Of a stretch of 64,000 bases of DNA, positions 32,094 to 41,557 are shown piece by piece. Numbering within the stretch: position 1 is the stretch's first letter; the number at the start of each line of letters is the position of its first letter. A program made the translations under genes and the position numbers. Source of the DNA: Prochlorococcus sp. AG-679-M23 (GTDB lineage Bacteria; Cyanobacteriota; Cyanobacteriia; PCC-6307; Cyanobiaceae); the NCBI GenBank assembly GCA_003208875.1, contig QCUR01000005.1, forward strand, positions 64,001-128,000. The letters run 5' to 3'. The notes below the pieces were generated by a model. It was not told where the DNA came from. It was given only the letters and a program-made list of their open reading frames with translations, and made no database searches.

Positions 32094-32372
32094 ATGTTAT
32101 CTGAGATTTTTGCGGTTTTAGGACAAACTTTATCAATTTATTCATTTATTTTGATTATTAGGATTTTACTTACATGGTTTCCTGGAATAGATTGGAGCAA
32201 TGGAATATTATCAGCATTAACGTCAATAACAGATCCATATTTAAATATATTTAGAGGAATAATCCCTCCAATTGGTGGATTTGATATTTCATCATTGTTA
32301 GCTTTTCTACTACTTAATGTTATCCAAAACCTAATTACTAATCTTCAATATGCCAGCCTAGGTTATGGTTAA
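32094..32372 (+). CDS. YggT/YlmG (Ycf19) family membrane protein
   Basis: RILLTWFP and TDPYLNIFRGIIPPIGGFDIS motifs. Confidence 0.9.
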   Translation: MLSEIFAVLGQTLSIYSFILIIRILLTWFPGIDWSNGILSALTSITDPYLNIFRGIIPPIGGFDISSLLAFLLLNVIQNLITNLQYASLGYG

Positions 32373-32374
32373 TT

Positions 32375-32704
32375 TTAACGATCATCTCCTGAACCAGAAA
32401 TTTTACCCTTAGCTGCTCTTAATTTCAATTTATCTAAATTTTGTAAAGCAACTTCCTCCAATTTGAAATCAAATTCGTTGCAAAGATTAGATAAATACCA
32501 TAAAACATCACCTAATTCTTTTTTAATCCCTTTTTTAGATTCATCATCAAATATCCCTTTTTTATCTCTAATTACTTTTTTAACTTTTTCTGCAACTTCA
32601 CCAGCTTCGCCAACCAATCCTAGTGTTGGATATATATTGTTTGAGCCTAAATTTGGATATTGGGCTGTCAAGCGAGCTTGCTTCTGATAAGTTTTAAAAT
32701 CCAT
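32375..32704 (-). CDS. MazG-like nucleoside triphosphate pyrophosphohydrolase (single domain)
   Basis: GEAGEVAEKVKK and ELGDVLWY metal-binding motifs. Confidence 0.85.
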   Translation of the reverse strand: MDFKTYQKQARLTAQYPNLGSNNIYPTLGLVGEAGEVAEKVKKVIRDKKGIFDDESKKGIKKELGDVLWYLSNLCNEFDFKLEEVALQNLDKLKLRAAKGKISGSGDDR

Positions 32705-32765
32705 AGATCAAATAACTAACTTTATGTATGTTAAATTTACTTATATCTAGCAATATTATTTATAT

Positions 32766-34556
32766 ATGTCGAATATTGATTTAAAAAGAAGAACAAAGAT
32801 TGTAGCAACAATTGGTCCGGCCACCCAATCTGAAGAAATTATTACTGATCTTATAAAAGCTGGAGTTACAACATTTCGATTAAATTTTTCTCATGGCGAT
32901 CATAAAGATCATGCAGAAAGAATTAAAACCATAAGAAAAGTTTCGAAAAAGCTTGATCTAGATATCGGAATACTCCAAGATCTACAGGGTCCTAAAATAA
33001 GATTAGGAAGATTTAAAGATGGTCCTGTAAAAGTAAAAAAAGGAGATAAATTCTCATTGACTTCTAATGAAGTTGATTGTACAAAAAGTATTGCTAATGT
33101 CACGTATAACAAACTTGCTCATGAAGTAACTTCAGGTAAAAGAATATTGTTAGATGATGGAAAAATTGAAATGATTGTTGAGAAGGTTGACATAGGAAAT
33201 AACTTGTTAGATTGTAAAGTAACTGTTGGAGGAGTTCTCTCTAACAACAAAGGTGTAAATTTTCCAGATGTACAATTATCTGTTAAGGCATTAACAGATA
33301 AAGATATAGAGGATCTTGAATTTGGATTAAGTGCTGGTGTTGATTGGATAGCTCTGAGCTTTGTAAGAAATCCATCAGATATTAATGAAATAAAAAATAT
33401 AATAAATAAAAATGGACATTCAATTCCTGTCGTAGCAAAAATTGAAAAATTTGAAGCAATTGATCAAATAGATTCAATATTACCTTTGTGTGATGGGGTT
33501 ATGGTTGCTCGAGGAGACTTAGGAGTAGAAATGCCAGCAGAAGAAGTCCCTCTTTTACAAAAAGAATTAATAAGGAAAGCCAATACTTTAGGGATCCCCA
33601 TTATTACGGCCACACAAATGCTTGACTCCATGGCGTCAAATCCTAGACCAACTCGCGCTGAAGTAAGTGATGTGGCAAATGCAATTCTTGATGGTACAGA
33701 TGCCGTGATGCTTTCAAATGAAACAGCTGTGGGTGATTATCCAGTAGAGGCTGTAGAAACCATGGCGACAATTGCGAGAAGAATTGAACGTGATTATCCA
33801 CTAAAAGCAATTGAGAGTCACCTCCCTAGTACTATTCCAAATGCAATAAGTGCTGCGGTCAGCAATATTGCAAGACAACTTGATGCTGGGGCAATAATCC
33901 CTTTAACTAAATCCGGTTCAACAGCACGTAATGTAAGTAAATTCAGACCTCCTACTCCTATTCTTGCCACCACGACAGAGAGAAGTGTTGCGAGAAGATT
34001 GCAATTAGTATGGGGTGTCACTCCATTATTAGTCAAAAATGACGATAGAACTGCAAAAACATTCAGTATAGCAATGCAAATAGCACAAGAAATAGGTATT
34101 CTGAAGCAAGGAGACTTGGTAGTTCAGACTGCCGGGACCCTAACAGGTATAAGTGGTTCTACTGATCTAATAAAAGTTGGCTTAGTAAGAAAAGTTGTAA
34201 CTAGAGGAATATCAATAGGGGAGGTTGGTGTTACTGGTAAAGCAAGAAATATAAAGACTAATATTGATTTATCATTAATTTCTCAAGGTGAAATTTTATT
34301 TGTACCAAAAAACATTTTAATGGATTTACCTTACACTAAGAAAATCACTGGAATAGTTACGGATGAAAATGTAGATGAATGCTATAAAATATTTAAAAAA
34401 CATAATGTTAAAGTATCCACTATTTGTAATTTATCTACTATTGACAACCTTGCATCAAACGGTGATTTAATAACTTTGCAACTCAATGAAGGAGTTGTTT
34501 ATATGGGGCAAATAGAAGACGATGAGGATGCACTAGATAAATATAAGTATGTCTAG
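32766..34556 (+). CDS. pyk: Pyruvate kinase with a degenerate C-terminal PEP-utiliser domain
   Basis: RRTKIVATIGP, RLNFSHG, AKIE, MVARGDLG and ATQMLDSM motifs. Confidence 0.97.
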   Translation: MSNIDLKRRTKIVATIGPATQSEEIITDLIKAGVTTFRLNFSHGDHKDHAERIKTIRKVSKKLDLDIGILQDLQGPKIRLGRFKDGPVKVKKGDKFSLTSNEVDCTKSIANVTYNKLAHEVTSGKRILLDDGKIEMIVEKVDIGNNLLDCKVTVGGVLSNNKGVNFPDVQLSVKALTDKDIEDLEFGLSAGVDWIALSFVRNPSDINEIKNIINKNGHSIPVVAKIEKFEAIDQIDSILPLCDGVMVARGDLGVEMPAEEVPLLQKELIRKANTLGIPIITATQMLDSMASNPRPTRAEVSDVANAILDGTDAVMLSNETAVGDYPVEAVETMATIARRIERDYPLKAIESHLPSTIPNAISAAVSNIARQLDAGAIIPLTKSGSTARNVSKFRPPTPILATTTERSVARRLQLVWGVTPLLVKNDDRTAKTFSIAMQIAQEIGILKQGDLVVQTAGTLTGISGSTDLIKVGLVRKVVTRGISIGEVGVTGKARNIKTNIDLSLISQGEILFVPKNILMDLPYTKKITGIVTDENVDECYKIFKKHNVKVSTICNLSTIDNLASNGDLITLQLNEGVVYMGQIEDDEDALDKYKYV

Positions 34557-35778
34557 GAATATATCTCTTAAAGAAGCCTTTAATATGGCTGGTAAGACTT
34601 TAGTTTCAAACAAATTAAGAAGTTCTCTTACTATGCTTGGAATTATTATAGGTAATGCATCAGTAATAACACTTGTAGGATTAGGGAGAGGAGCTCAAAC
34701 TCTTGCCAAAAATCAATTAAGTAATTTAGGAGCAAATGTTTTATTTATTGTTCCAGGCAATAACGATACTAGAAGAAGAGGTATATCGTTTCCTAAAAAT
34801 CTTGTTTTAGAAGATTCAATTGCAATTAGCAATCAAGTTCCGAGTGTTAAAAAAGTTGCACCACAAATCTCTGCTAATGAAATTGTTCAATCAAATTCAA
34901 AAAGCTTAAATATTTCCATTGCTGGGGTTACTCCTGAATTTCTTGACGTAAGAAGTTTTGAGGTAGATGAAGGAAGATTCATCTCCCAAACTGACGTAAA
35001 TTCAGCTAGAAGTTTTGTTGTAATTGGACCTGATCTAAAAGAAGACTTTTTTAAGAGTAACGCTGCAATTGGAGAAAAAATTAGAATTAGAGATCACAAC
35101 TATGAAATAATTGGAATTTTAAAACCTAAAGGGGCTGTTTTTGGAAGTAATCAAGATAAAAATGCATATATACCTCTTACTACAATGGTTAATAGAATAA
35201 GTGGAAAAGATCCTACCTATGGAGTTAGTTTAAGTTTTATAAGTGTAGAAGCTATTAATAAAAACCAAACTAGTGCTGCAAAGTTCCAAATTACAAATTT
35301 ATTGCGTCAAAGACATAACATTTTAAGAGACGATGATTTTGCAGTTAGATCCCAAGAAGATGCATTAAATATCGTTACCAATATTACAAGTGGTCTTACA
35401 TTTTTATTGGCAGGTATAGGTGCAGTCTCTCTTATTGTTGGAGGAATAGGAATAATGAATATTATGCTTGTTTCTGTTAGTGAAAGAACAGAGGAAATTG
35501 GACTCAGGAAAGCAATAGGAGCAAAACAATCCGATATTCTTATACAATTTTTATTTGAAGCTTTAATTTTATCAACTATTGGAGGTTTGGTTGGAACAAC
35601 AACAGGTTTGACAGGTGTATTTCTTCTAGGAGTAATAACTCCGTTGCCAGCTTCAGTTGGAATAACAACAACGTTGTCAACAATGATTATTTCAGGTTCA
35701 ATAGGATTAATCTTTGGAGTTTTACCAGCAAAAAGAGCCTCACAATTAGATCCAATTGTTGCTCTAAGAAGTTTGTAA
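34549..35778 (+). CDS. ABC transporter permease, MacB/FtsX family
   Basis: RSSLTMLGIIIG, large periplasmic domain, GGIGIMNIMLVSVSERTEEIGLRKAIGA and LDPIVALRS. Confidence 0.9.
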   Translation: MSRNISLKEAFNMAGKTLVSNKLRSSLTMLGIIIGNASVITLVGLGRGAQTLAKNQLSNLGANVLFIVPGNNDTRRRGISFPKNLVLEDSIAISNQVPSVKKVAPQISANEIVQSNSKSLNISIAGVTPEFLDVRSFEVDEGRFISQTDVNSARSFVVIGPDLKEDFFKSNAAIGEKIRIRDHNYEIIGILKPKGAVFGSNQDKNAYIPLTTMVNRISGKDPTYGVSLSFISVEAINKNQTSAAKFQITNLLRQRHNILRDDDFAVRSQEDALNIVTNITSGLTFLLAGIGAVSLIVGGIGIMNIMLVSVSERTEEIGLRKAIGAKQSDILIQFLFEALILSTIGGLVGTTTGLTGVFLLGVITPLPASVGITTTLSTMIISGSIGLIFGVLPAKRASQLDPIVALRSL

Positions 35779-35792
35779 ATCCTTATTAGTAA

Positions 35793-36365
35793 ATGCTAAA
35801 TGTAAGTAAACTTGTTGAGGTACTTATAAGTCTCCAAATAATTATAATTTCTTCATTTATTCCTGTATTTTTCTCTATACCTTTTACTAATAAACTTATT
35901 GGGACATTTGAAATGCCTATTACATGGCAATTACCTTCAATCGTAATAATTACCTTAATATTTAACGGTAAAATAGTAATAAAAGCATTTAGTATCTATT
36001 TAATAATTGGTTTGTTTTTTATTCCAGTATTTGACCAGGGAGGTTCATTAGGATATTTATTAACTCCAAATTTTGGTTACTTATTAGGAATGTATCCATT
36101 AATCAAAATAATAGATAATTTAAATAAAAGAAATCAATTGATTAAATATTATGACCTTTTAAAATACGGAATATTAGGAATATGTAGTATGCATCTTATA
36201 GGTATAATTTATAACTGCATTCTAGTTTTATATTTTAAACAATCGGAAGTACTCTTATATAATATTTCAAAATATTCATTAGGAAAATTTGGTTATCATT
36301 TATTAATGCTCACACCTATTACTGTACTTTTTAAAATCTTCAGAAAGAACAGATATCAAAGATGA
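35793..36365 (+). CDS. bioY: BioY family biotin transporter S component
   Basis: PITWQ, YLIIGLFFIPVF..GG and PNFGYLLG patterns; highly hydrophobic. Confidence 0.8.
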   Translation: MLNVSKLVEVLISLQIIIISSFIPVFFSIPFTNKLIGTFEMPITWQLPSIVIITLIFNGKIVIKAFSIYLIIGLFFIPVFDQGGSLGYLLTPNFGYLLGMYPLIKIIDNLNKRNQLIKYYDLLKYGILGICSMHLIGIIYNCILVLYFKQSEVLLYNISKYSLGKFGYHLLMLTPITVLFKIFRKNRYQR

Positions 36366-36826
36366 TGTTAAATATAAAAAACAATAGATTTCATTATATT
36401 TTATTATCTATTTTAATTATTTTATCTGATCAATTTACTAAACATATTATCGATATAAATCATACATCATATATAAATAAAGATCTTTTATTTTTTAGTA
36501 TTGATTACGTGAAAAATTATGGAGCAGCATTTAACATTTTAAATGGTAGTAGAATTTTTTTATCTACAATAAGTACAACAATAACGTTGTTTTTAATATA
36601 TTTTATTTTATATAAAAAAAATTTAAGTAATTTAGATTTATTTAGTTATAGCTTTATTTTGGCAGGTACGATAGGAAACGGAATTGATAGAATTACAAAG
36701 GGTTATGTTATAGATTTTATTAATTTAAACTTTATAGATTTCCCAGTATTTAATATTGCTGATATATCTATAAATATTGGTCTTATTTTTATTATATATG
36801 GACTTATTAAAAATAAAAGACAATAA
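36362..36826 (+). CDS. lspA: Lipoprotein signal peptidase II
   Basis: DQFTK, NYGAAF, GNGIDR, VIDFI and PVFNIAD motifs. Confidence 0.93.
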   Translation: MMLNIKNNRFHYILLSILIILSDQFTKHIIDINHTSYINKDLLFFSIDYVKNYGAAFNILNGSRIFLSTISTTITLFLIYFILYKKNLSNLDLFSYSFILAGTIGNGIDRITKGYVIDFINLNFIDFPVFNIADISINIGLIFIIYGLIKNKRQ

Positions 36827-38328
36827 TGTACCATTTTCTTTTTAAGAACTATAAATATTTCTTTATTCTATTATTTCTTTATTTTTTATTGACGATATTT
36901 AGAAATATTTTAAATTTTTATTCTATTTTTATCATCGTTATTATATTATTAATTTTTTATTCTAAAAACAAAAGATTATTCAAAAAGATTGCTTATAAAA
37001 TAATTTTTAAGCAACCGAATAGTTTTTCTTTTAGAAATAAATATGGAGCTGCAAAAAATAGTCTTGAAGCAATAGATGAAATTAATAAAAAAATATCCGA
37101 TAAAATATATGGAGATTTATTGAAATATGAAAAAATAAAGCTTGAGAAACAGTTCAAGTATGGTGACTATAACGTAATATTATTTGGTGCCGGATCCTCT
37201 GGAAAAACTTCAATAGCAAGAGCACTATTGAAAAATTTAATTGGAAAGATTTCCCCAACAATTGGTACTACAAAAGATATTACAAGTTATAAAATCAGAA
37301 TTCCAATCTTAAAAAGAAATATAAATATAATTGATACGCCTGGGTTATTTGAAGCTTCTAAAGAAGGGCAAAAAAGGGAGGATTCTACAATAATGGAGGC
37401 ATCAAAATCAGATCTAATTCTTTTTGTAATTGATCAAGATATCAATAAATATGAACACTATCTAATTAGAGAATTACTAAATTTGAAGAAGAAAATAATT
37501 ATTGTTTTAAATAAATGCGACTTAAGATCAGAAAAACAAAATAATATTATTAGAGAAAACATTATCTCAATTACATCAACAAAACATATTAAACTATCAG
37601 TTATAAAAACTATTGCCTCATCAAAAGTCTTCTCAAACAATTTAGTAGACTCATTAAAAATAACTCCTGATGTAAGTAATCTATTTAAAGAGATAATAGA
37701 AACACTTGATGCTAATGGAGAAGAATTACTAGCTGATAATATTCTTTTTAGATGTAATAAATTAGGCCTAATAAGCAAAAATGTAATATCGGAGCAAAGA
37801 AATTCAAGTGCTAATAAAATAATAAATAAATATACTTTGATTACCGGAGGAGTAATACTGGTAAATCCTTTGCCGGTTGTAGATTTTATAACAACAACAT
37901 CTGTAAATGTTCAAATGATTCTTGAAATTTCGAAAATTTATGATTTCAAGATAACAAAAATGGAAGCAGTTGAATTATCAAAATCGTTATTAACAACTCT
38001 AGCGAAACTTGGCATTTTGAAAGGTGGACTTAGTGTTATTACAAACGCATTAGCTTCAAATTTTACAACAATATTTATTTCAAAATCATTACAATCCATA
38101 ACCGCATGTTGGTTAATAAAAATAGTAGGTTTATCAATAAAAAAATATTTTAATAATGGGAAAAATTGGGGAGATGGTGGGATTCAAGAAGTAATTGAGG
38201 ATATTTACAAATTAAATAAAAGGGAAGATATCCTAAATAATTTCATTAGAGAAGCAATAAATAATATAAGAATTAACGAGGATTCAAAATCTCAAAGAAA
38301 ATTGCCGCCATATTTGCAGAGTGACTAG
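36826..38328 (+). CDS. Membrane-anchored GTPase with YcjF/DUF697-like C-terminus
   Basis: Two N-terminal TM segments; G1 GAGSSGKT, G3 DTPG, G4 NKCD; C-terminal NPLPVVD. Confidence 0.8.
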   Translation: MYHFLFKNYKYFFILLFLYFLLTIFRNILNFYSIFIIVIILLIFYSKNKRLFKKIAYKIIFKQPNSFSFRNKYGAAKNSLEAIDEINKKISDKIYGDLLKYEKIKLEKQFKYGDYNVILFGAGSSGKTSIARALLKNLIGKISPTIGTTKDITSYKIRIPILKRNINIIDTPGLFEASKEGQKREDSTIMEASKSDLILFVIDQDINKYEHYLIRELLNLKKKIIIVLNKCDLRSEKQNNIIRENIISITSTKHIKLSVIKTIASSKVFSNNLVDSLKITPDVSNLFKEIIETLDANGEELLADNILFRCNKLGLISKNVISEQRNSSANKIINKYTLITGGVILVNPLPVVDFITTTSVNVQMILEISKIYDFKITKMEAVELSKSLLTTLAKLGILKGGLSVITNALASNFTTIFISKSLQSITACWLIKIVGLSIKKYFNNGKNWGDGGIQEVIEDIYKLNKREDILNNFIREAINNIRINEDSKSQRKLPPYLQSD

Positions 38329-38452
38329 TTATTTGATTGTTTAAAAAAGATCTAAAGTCAAAAACAGTAATTAATAGTAAATATAAAATACAAATTAATA
38401 TAGAAATAAAACCAGTTATAATTGCTATTAATTTTGATCTACTAATTTTCAT
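38273..38452 (-). CDS. Small single-TM protein, 59 aa (not in the ORF track)
   Basis: Manual translation MKISRSKLIAIITGFISILICILYLLLITVFDFRSFLNNQITSHSANMAAIFFEILNPR*. ATG lies 5 nt after the decarboxylase stop and the ORF fills the intergenic gap. Confidence 0.7.
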   Translation of the reverse strand: MKISRSKLIAIITGFISILICILYLLLITVFDFRSFLNNQITSHSANMAAIFFEILNPR

Positions 38453-38457
38453 AAGAA

Positions 38458-39840
38458 TTAATTTAGTAATTTCAAAAGATCATTAATGTGAGATTCACTT
38501 GTATTGTAATTCCCAAAAACTGCTCTTAAGTAATATCTATTTTTAAATAGAGGCCTAGAAATCATAAAGTTCTTTTTAAGAAGATTTATTCTTTTATTTA
38601 AAGTCCAAGAATCTGATTCGTTTTTATTCATACCCTTTGGTAAAAATGAAATTATATGCAAAGGACCAGAATATAAATCATATTTGTATGTATCTAAATT
38701 ATTTTCGAAGAATATTCTTCTCTTAATAGATGAATTTAAGACATCCTCTATTCCTCGCATTCCCAGAAATCGCAACCCTAACCATAGTTTGATTATTTCT
38801 GCGGGTCTAGAACCTTGTATTCCTAGTTCACCTCTGTTAAAGAAATTGTTTTCATTAGAAACGTAAGGTAACCCTGTAGAAAATGTATTTTTAAGAATTT
38901 CAATATTTGAAACTATTAAAAGGGAGGAAGTTTTTGTAATTCCAAGTATTTTTTGTGGATTAATAGTTATTGAATTCGCGAGATGAACATTAGTAATTCC
39001 ATTGATCGGTAAATTTGTAATTGAAAAAATGCCTCCTATGGATCCGTCAATGTGTAGCCAAATATTTCTTTCATTACATAATTTACTGATTTCATCAATT
39101 GGGTCTATTGCTCCACGAACTGTTGTACCAAGAGTGGCAATAATAGCAAATATTCTTTTACCTTCAATAGAACATTTATCAACAGTCTTTTTAAGCTCAA
39201 TCATATCCATACATCCATCTTTATCTGTTTTGACCTTAATTAAATTATTTTTTTCAAGACCCATAATTCTAGTACATTTTTCAAATGATGAATGAGCATC
39301 TTCGCTAATCAAATAAACGGCCTTTGGATCAGTTTCAAGTCCGGCAAAGTTTCTTGCTGTAACCAACGCATTTAAATTACTTAAAGTCCCGCCACTTGCT
39401 GCAACGCCACCTGCTAAATCCGAAAAACCTAGTTTTATTGAAAACCACTTGCAAATTGATTCCTCAAGAAGAGAAATACTTGGTGATAATTCATGTGCGA
39501 GAAGATTATTGTTTAAGCCAGCAGCAATTAAATCCCCCAAAATAGAAATGATTAATGGTGGAGGGTCTAGATGAGCAAGGGAACCTGGATGTACTGGATT
39601 AAAAGAACTATAAATAAGACTTTCAATCTCAGAGAATAAAACATCAAAAGGCTTTCCCTGTTCTCCTGGAACTGAACATTCAAAGTTACTATCGATGGGT
39701 ATAGGACCTAATTTATCTGAATCTGAAAACCATTTGCATATGATTTCAGAAGTTCGGTTGAGAAGTATAAGCAAACATTCGTTACTTCCAGAAGATGTCG
39801 GAAATAGATTGTTTTGATTATTAATTGAATCAGAAGTCAT
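38458..39840 (-). CDS. Group II PLP-dependent amino acid decarboxylase (GAD/DDC/CSAD family)
   Basis: HP..LAHLDPPP, GGTLSNL, AHSS, GTTVRGAIDP, WLHIDG, PLP lysine in NPQK, and GIQGSR. Confidence 0.88.
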   Translation of the reverse strand: MTSDSINNQNNLFPTSSGSNECLLILLNRTSEIICKWFSDSDKLGPIPIDSNFECSVPGEQGKPFDVLFSEIESLIYSSFNPVHPGSLAHLDPPPLIISILGDLIAAGLNNNLLAHELSPSISLLEESICKWFSIKLGFSDLAGGVAASGGTLSNLNALVTARNFAGLETDPKAVYLISEDAHSSFEKCTRIMGLEKNNLIKVKTDKDGCMDMIELKKTVDKCSIEGKRIFAIIATLGTTVRGAIDPIDEISKLCNERNIWLHIDGSIGGIFSITNLPINGITNVHLANSITINPQKILGITKTSSLLIVSNIEILKNTFSTGLPYVSNENNFFNRGELGIQGSRPAEIIKLWLGLRFLGMRGIEDVLNSSIKRRIFFENNLDTYKYDLYSGPLHIISFLPKGMNKNESDSWTLNKRINLLKKNFMISRPLFKNRYYLRAVFGNYNTSESHINDLLKLLN

Positions 39841-39900
39841 TCTTTAAAATAATTATTAATTAGGTTATTTATAATGTTTATAAAAAACGTAATTGATAAA

Positions 39901-40398
39901 ATGAACCAAAAAACTATAAATCGGTATAGAAAAATTGAGCATTTAGATTATCTTAAATGGATGAAATTCATTTTACGAAGATCAGAGGAAGTAGGTAAGG
40001 TTGAATTACCAATTACAGCAGTAATAATAGATGAGAATGGAAGATGTATTGGTAGAGGAAGTAATAAAAGAGAAATTAACAATGACCCTTTAGGACATGC
40101 AGAATTAATAGCTCTTAGACAAGCTTCATGGATTAAAAATGATTGGCGATTTAATGAATGCAGCATAATTGTTAATTTAGAGCCTTGTACAATGTGTGCT
40201 GCGGCATTAGTTCAAGCAAGAATGGGTCTAGTTATATATGGTACAGAAGATGATAAAAGAGGCGGATTCGGAGGCACGATTGATTTATCTAAGCATGAAA
40301 GCGCACATCATAAAATGAAAGTAGTAGGAGGAGTTTTAAATAAGGATTGTAAAAATAAAATTAAGTTATGGTTTAAAAAGATGAGGAATCAAAAATAG
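39901..40398 (+). CDS. tadA: tRNA adenosine(34) deaminase / cytidine deaminase family (start uncertain, 39874 possible)
   Basis: DPLGHAE and LEPCTMC zinc-deaminase motifs; WRF and RGGFG patterns as in TadA. Confidence 0.85.
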   Translation: MNQKTINRYRKIEHLDYLKWMKFILRRSEEVGKVELPITAVIIDENGRCIGRGSNKREINNDPLGHAELIALRQASWIKNDWRFNECSIIVNLEPCTMCAAALVQARMGLVIYGTEDDKRGGFGGTIDLSKHESAHHKMKVVGGVLNKDCKNKIKLWFKKMRNQK

Positions 40399-41557
40399 AA
40401 AACTTCTTTAATTCTGTATCAAATAAATTTAATAATCGATCGACATTCTCTTCACTAGAATTAAAACCCATTAATCCAATACGCCAAACCTTACCAGACA
40501 ATGCACCTAGCCCGTTTCCTATTTCAATACCAAAATTTTTTAAAAGATGATTTCTAAATGCGTCTCCATCTACTGCGGGAGGAATTTTCACTGTTGTCAG
40601 AGTAGGTAACCTAAATTCACTGGAAACATGTAGCTCCATTCCTAAACTTTCTAATCCCTTCCATAATTTGATTGCATTAGTATTGTGTCTCATCCAAATA
40701 TTTTCCAAGCCTTCATTAGCGATTAAGCGCAAACCCTCTCTTATTGCAAAATTCATATTCACTGGAGCAGTATGATGGTAAACACGATCAGATCCCCAAT
40801 ATCTATTCAATAAGGATAAATCTAAGTACCAATTTGGAACTTTAGAAGTTCTTGCACTAAGTTTATCTTCTGCACGTTTGTTCATTGTGAAAGGACTAAG
40901 TCCAGGGGGGCAACTTAGACCTTTTTGGCTACAACTATATGCAAGATCAATTTTCCAATCATCAATAAACAGTTCTAGAGCACCTAATGATGTGACAGCA
41001 TCAACTAAAAACAAACAATTATTCTTTCTGCATAAATCACCTATCCCTTCAAGAGGTTGTAATACCCCAGTAGATGTCTCAGCGTGGACAATAGCAAATA
41101 TTACAGGTTTTTTAGTTTCTATTTCATATTTTATTTCTTCAAAAGTAAACGCTTCACCCCATGCTTTTTCAATTACTGAAACGTCTGCTTTATACCTCGA
41201 TGCCATATCAACCAAACGATCTCCAAAGTATCCTTTTTTTGCTATTAGAATTTTTTCTCCAGGCTCTATAAAATTAGCAATAGATGCTTCCATAGCTGCG
41301 CTACCTGTACCACTCATGGGTAGGGTTATTCGATTATTACACTGCCATGTATATCTAAGTAATTTTTGTACGTCGGACATTAACTCTATATATGCCTCAT
41401 CTAAATGACCTATTGGATTAAGTGCTAAAGCCTTAAGGACTTCGGGATGAGCATTAGAAGGACCAGGCCCTAATAAAAGTCTTGAAGGAACATAAGTTTT
41501 ATCGAGGTGAGGTAGATTCTCTTCATTTAAAATTGAAATGAGTTTTGTTTCAGTCAA
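40373..41557 (-). CDS. Alanine-glyoxylate / serine-pyruvate aminotransferase (class V)
   Basis: LLGPGPSN, HAETSTG, SCSQKGLSCPPG, YHHTAP and WRIGLMG motifs. Confidence 0.93.
   Translation of the reverse strand: MTETKLISILNEENLPHLDKTYVPSRLLLGPGPSNAHPEVLKALALNPIGHLDEAYIELMSDVQKLLRYTWQCNNRITLPMSGTGSAAMEASIANFIEPGEKILIAKKGYFGDRLVDMASRYKADVSVIEKAWGEAFTFEEIKYEIETKKPVIFAIVHAETSTGVLQPLEGIGDLCRKNNCLFLVDAVTSLGALELFIDDWKIDLAYSCSQKGLSCPPGLSPFTMNKRAEDKLSARTSKVPNWYLDLSLLNRYWGSDRVYHHTAPVNMNFAIREGLRLIANEGLENIWMRHNTNAIKLWKGLESLGMELHVSSEFRLPTLTTVKIPPAVDGDAFRNHLLKNFGIEIGNGLGALSGKVWRIGLMGFNSSEENVDRLLNLFDTELKKFSIFDSSSF

Noticed and set aside
40878..41408. 176-aa plus-strand ORF
   Set aside because: It lies entirely antisense to the aminotransferase in the mirrored codon frame and has no recognisable motifs, so it is a shadow ORF.
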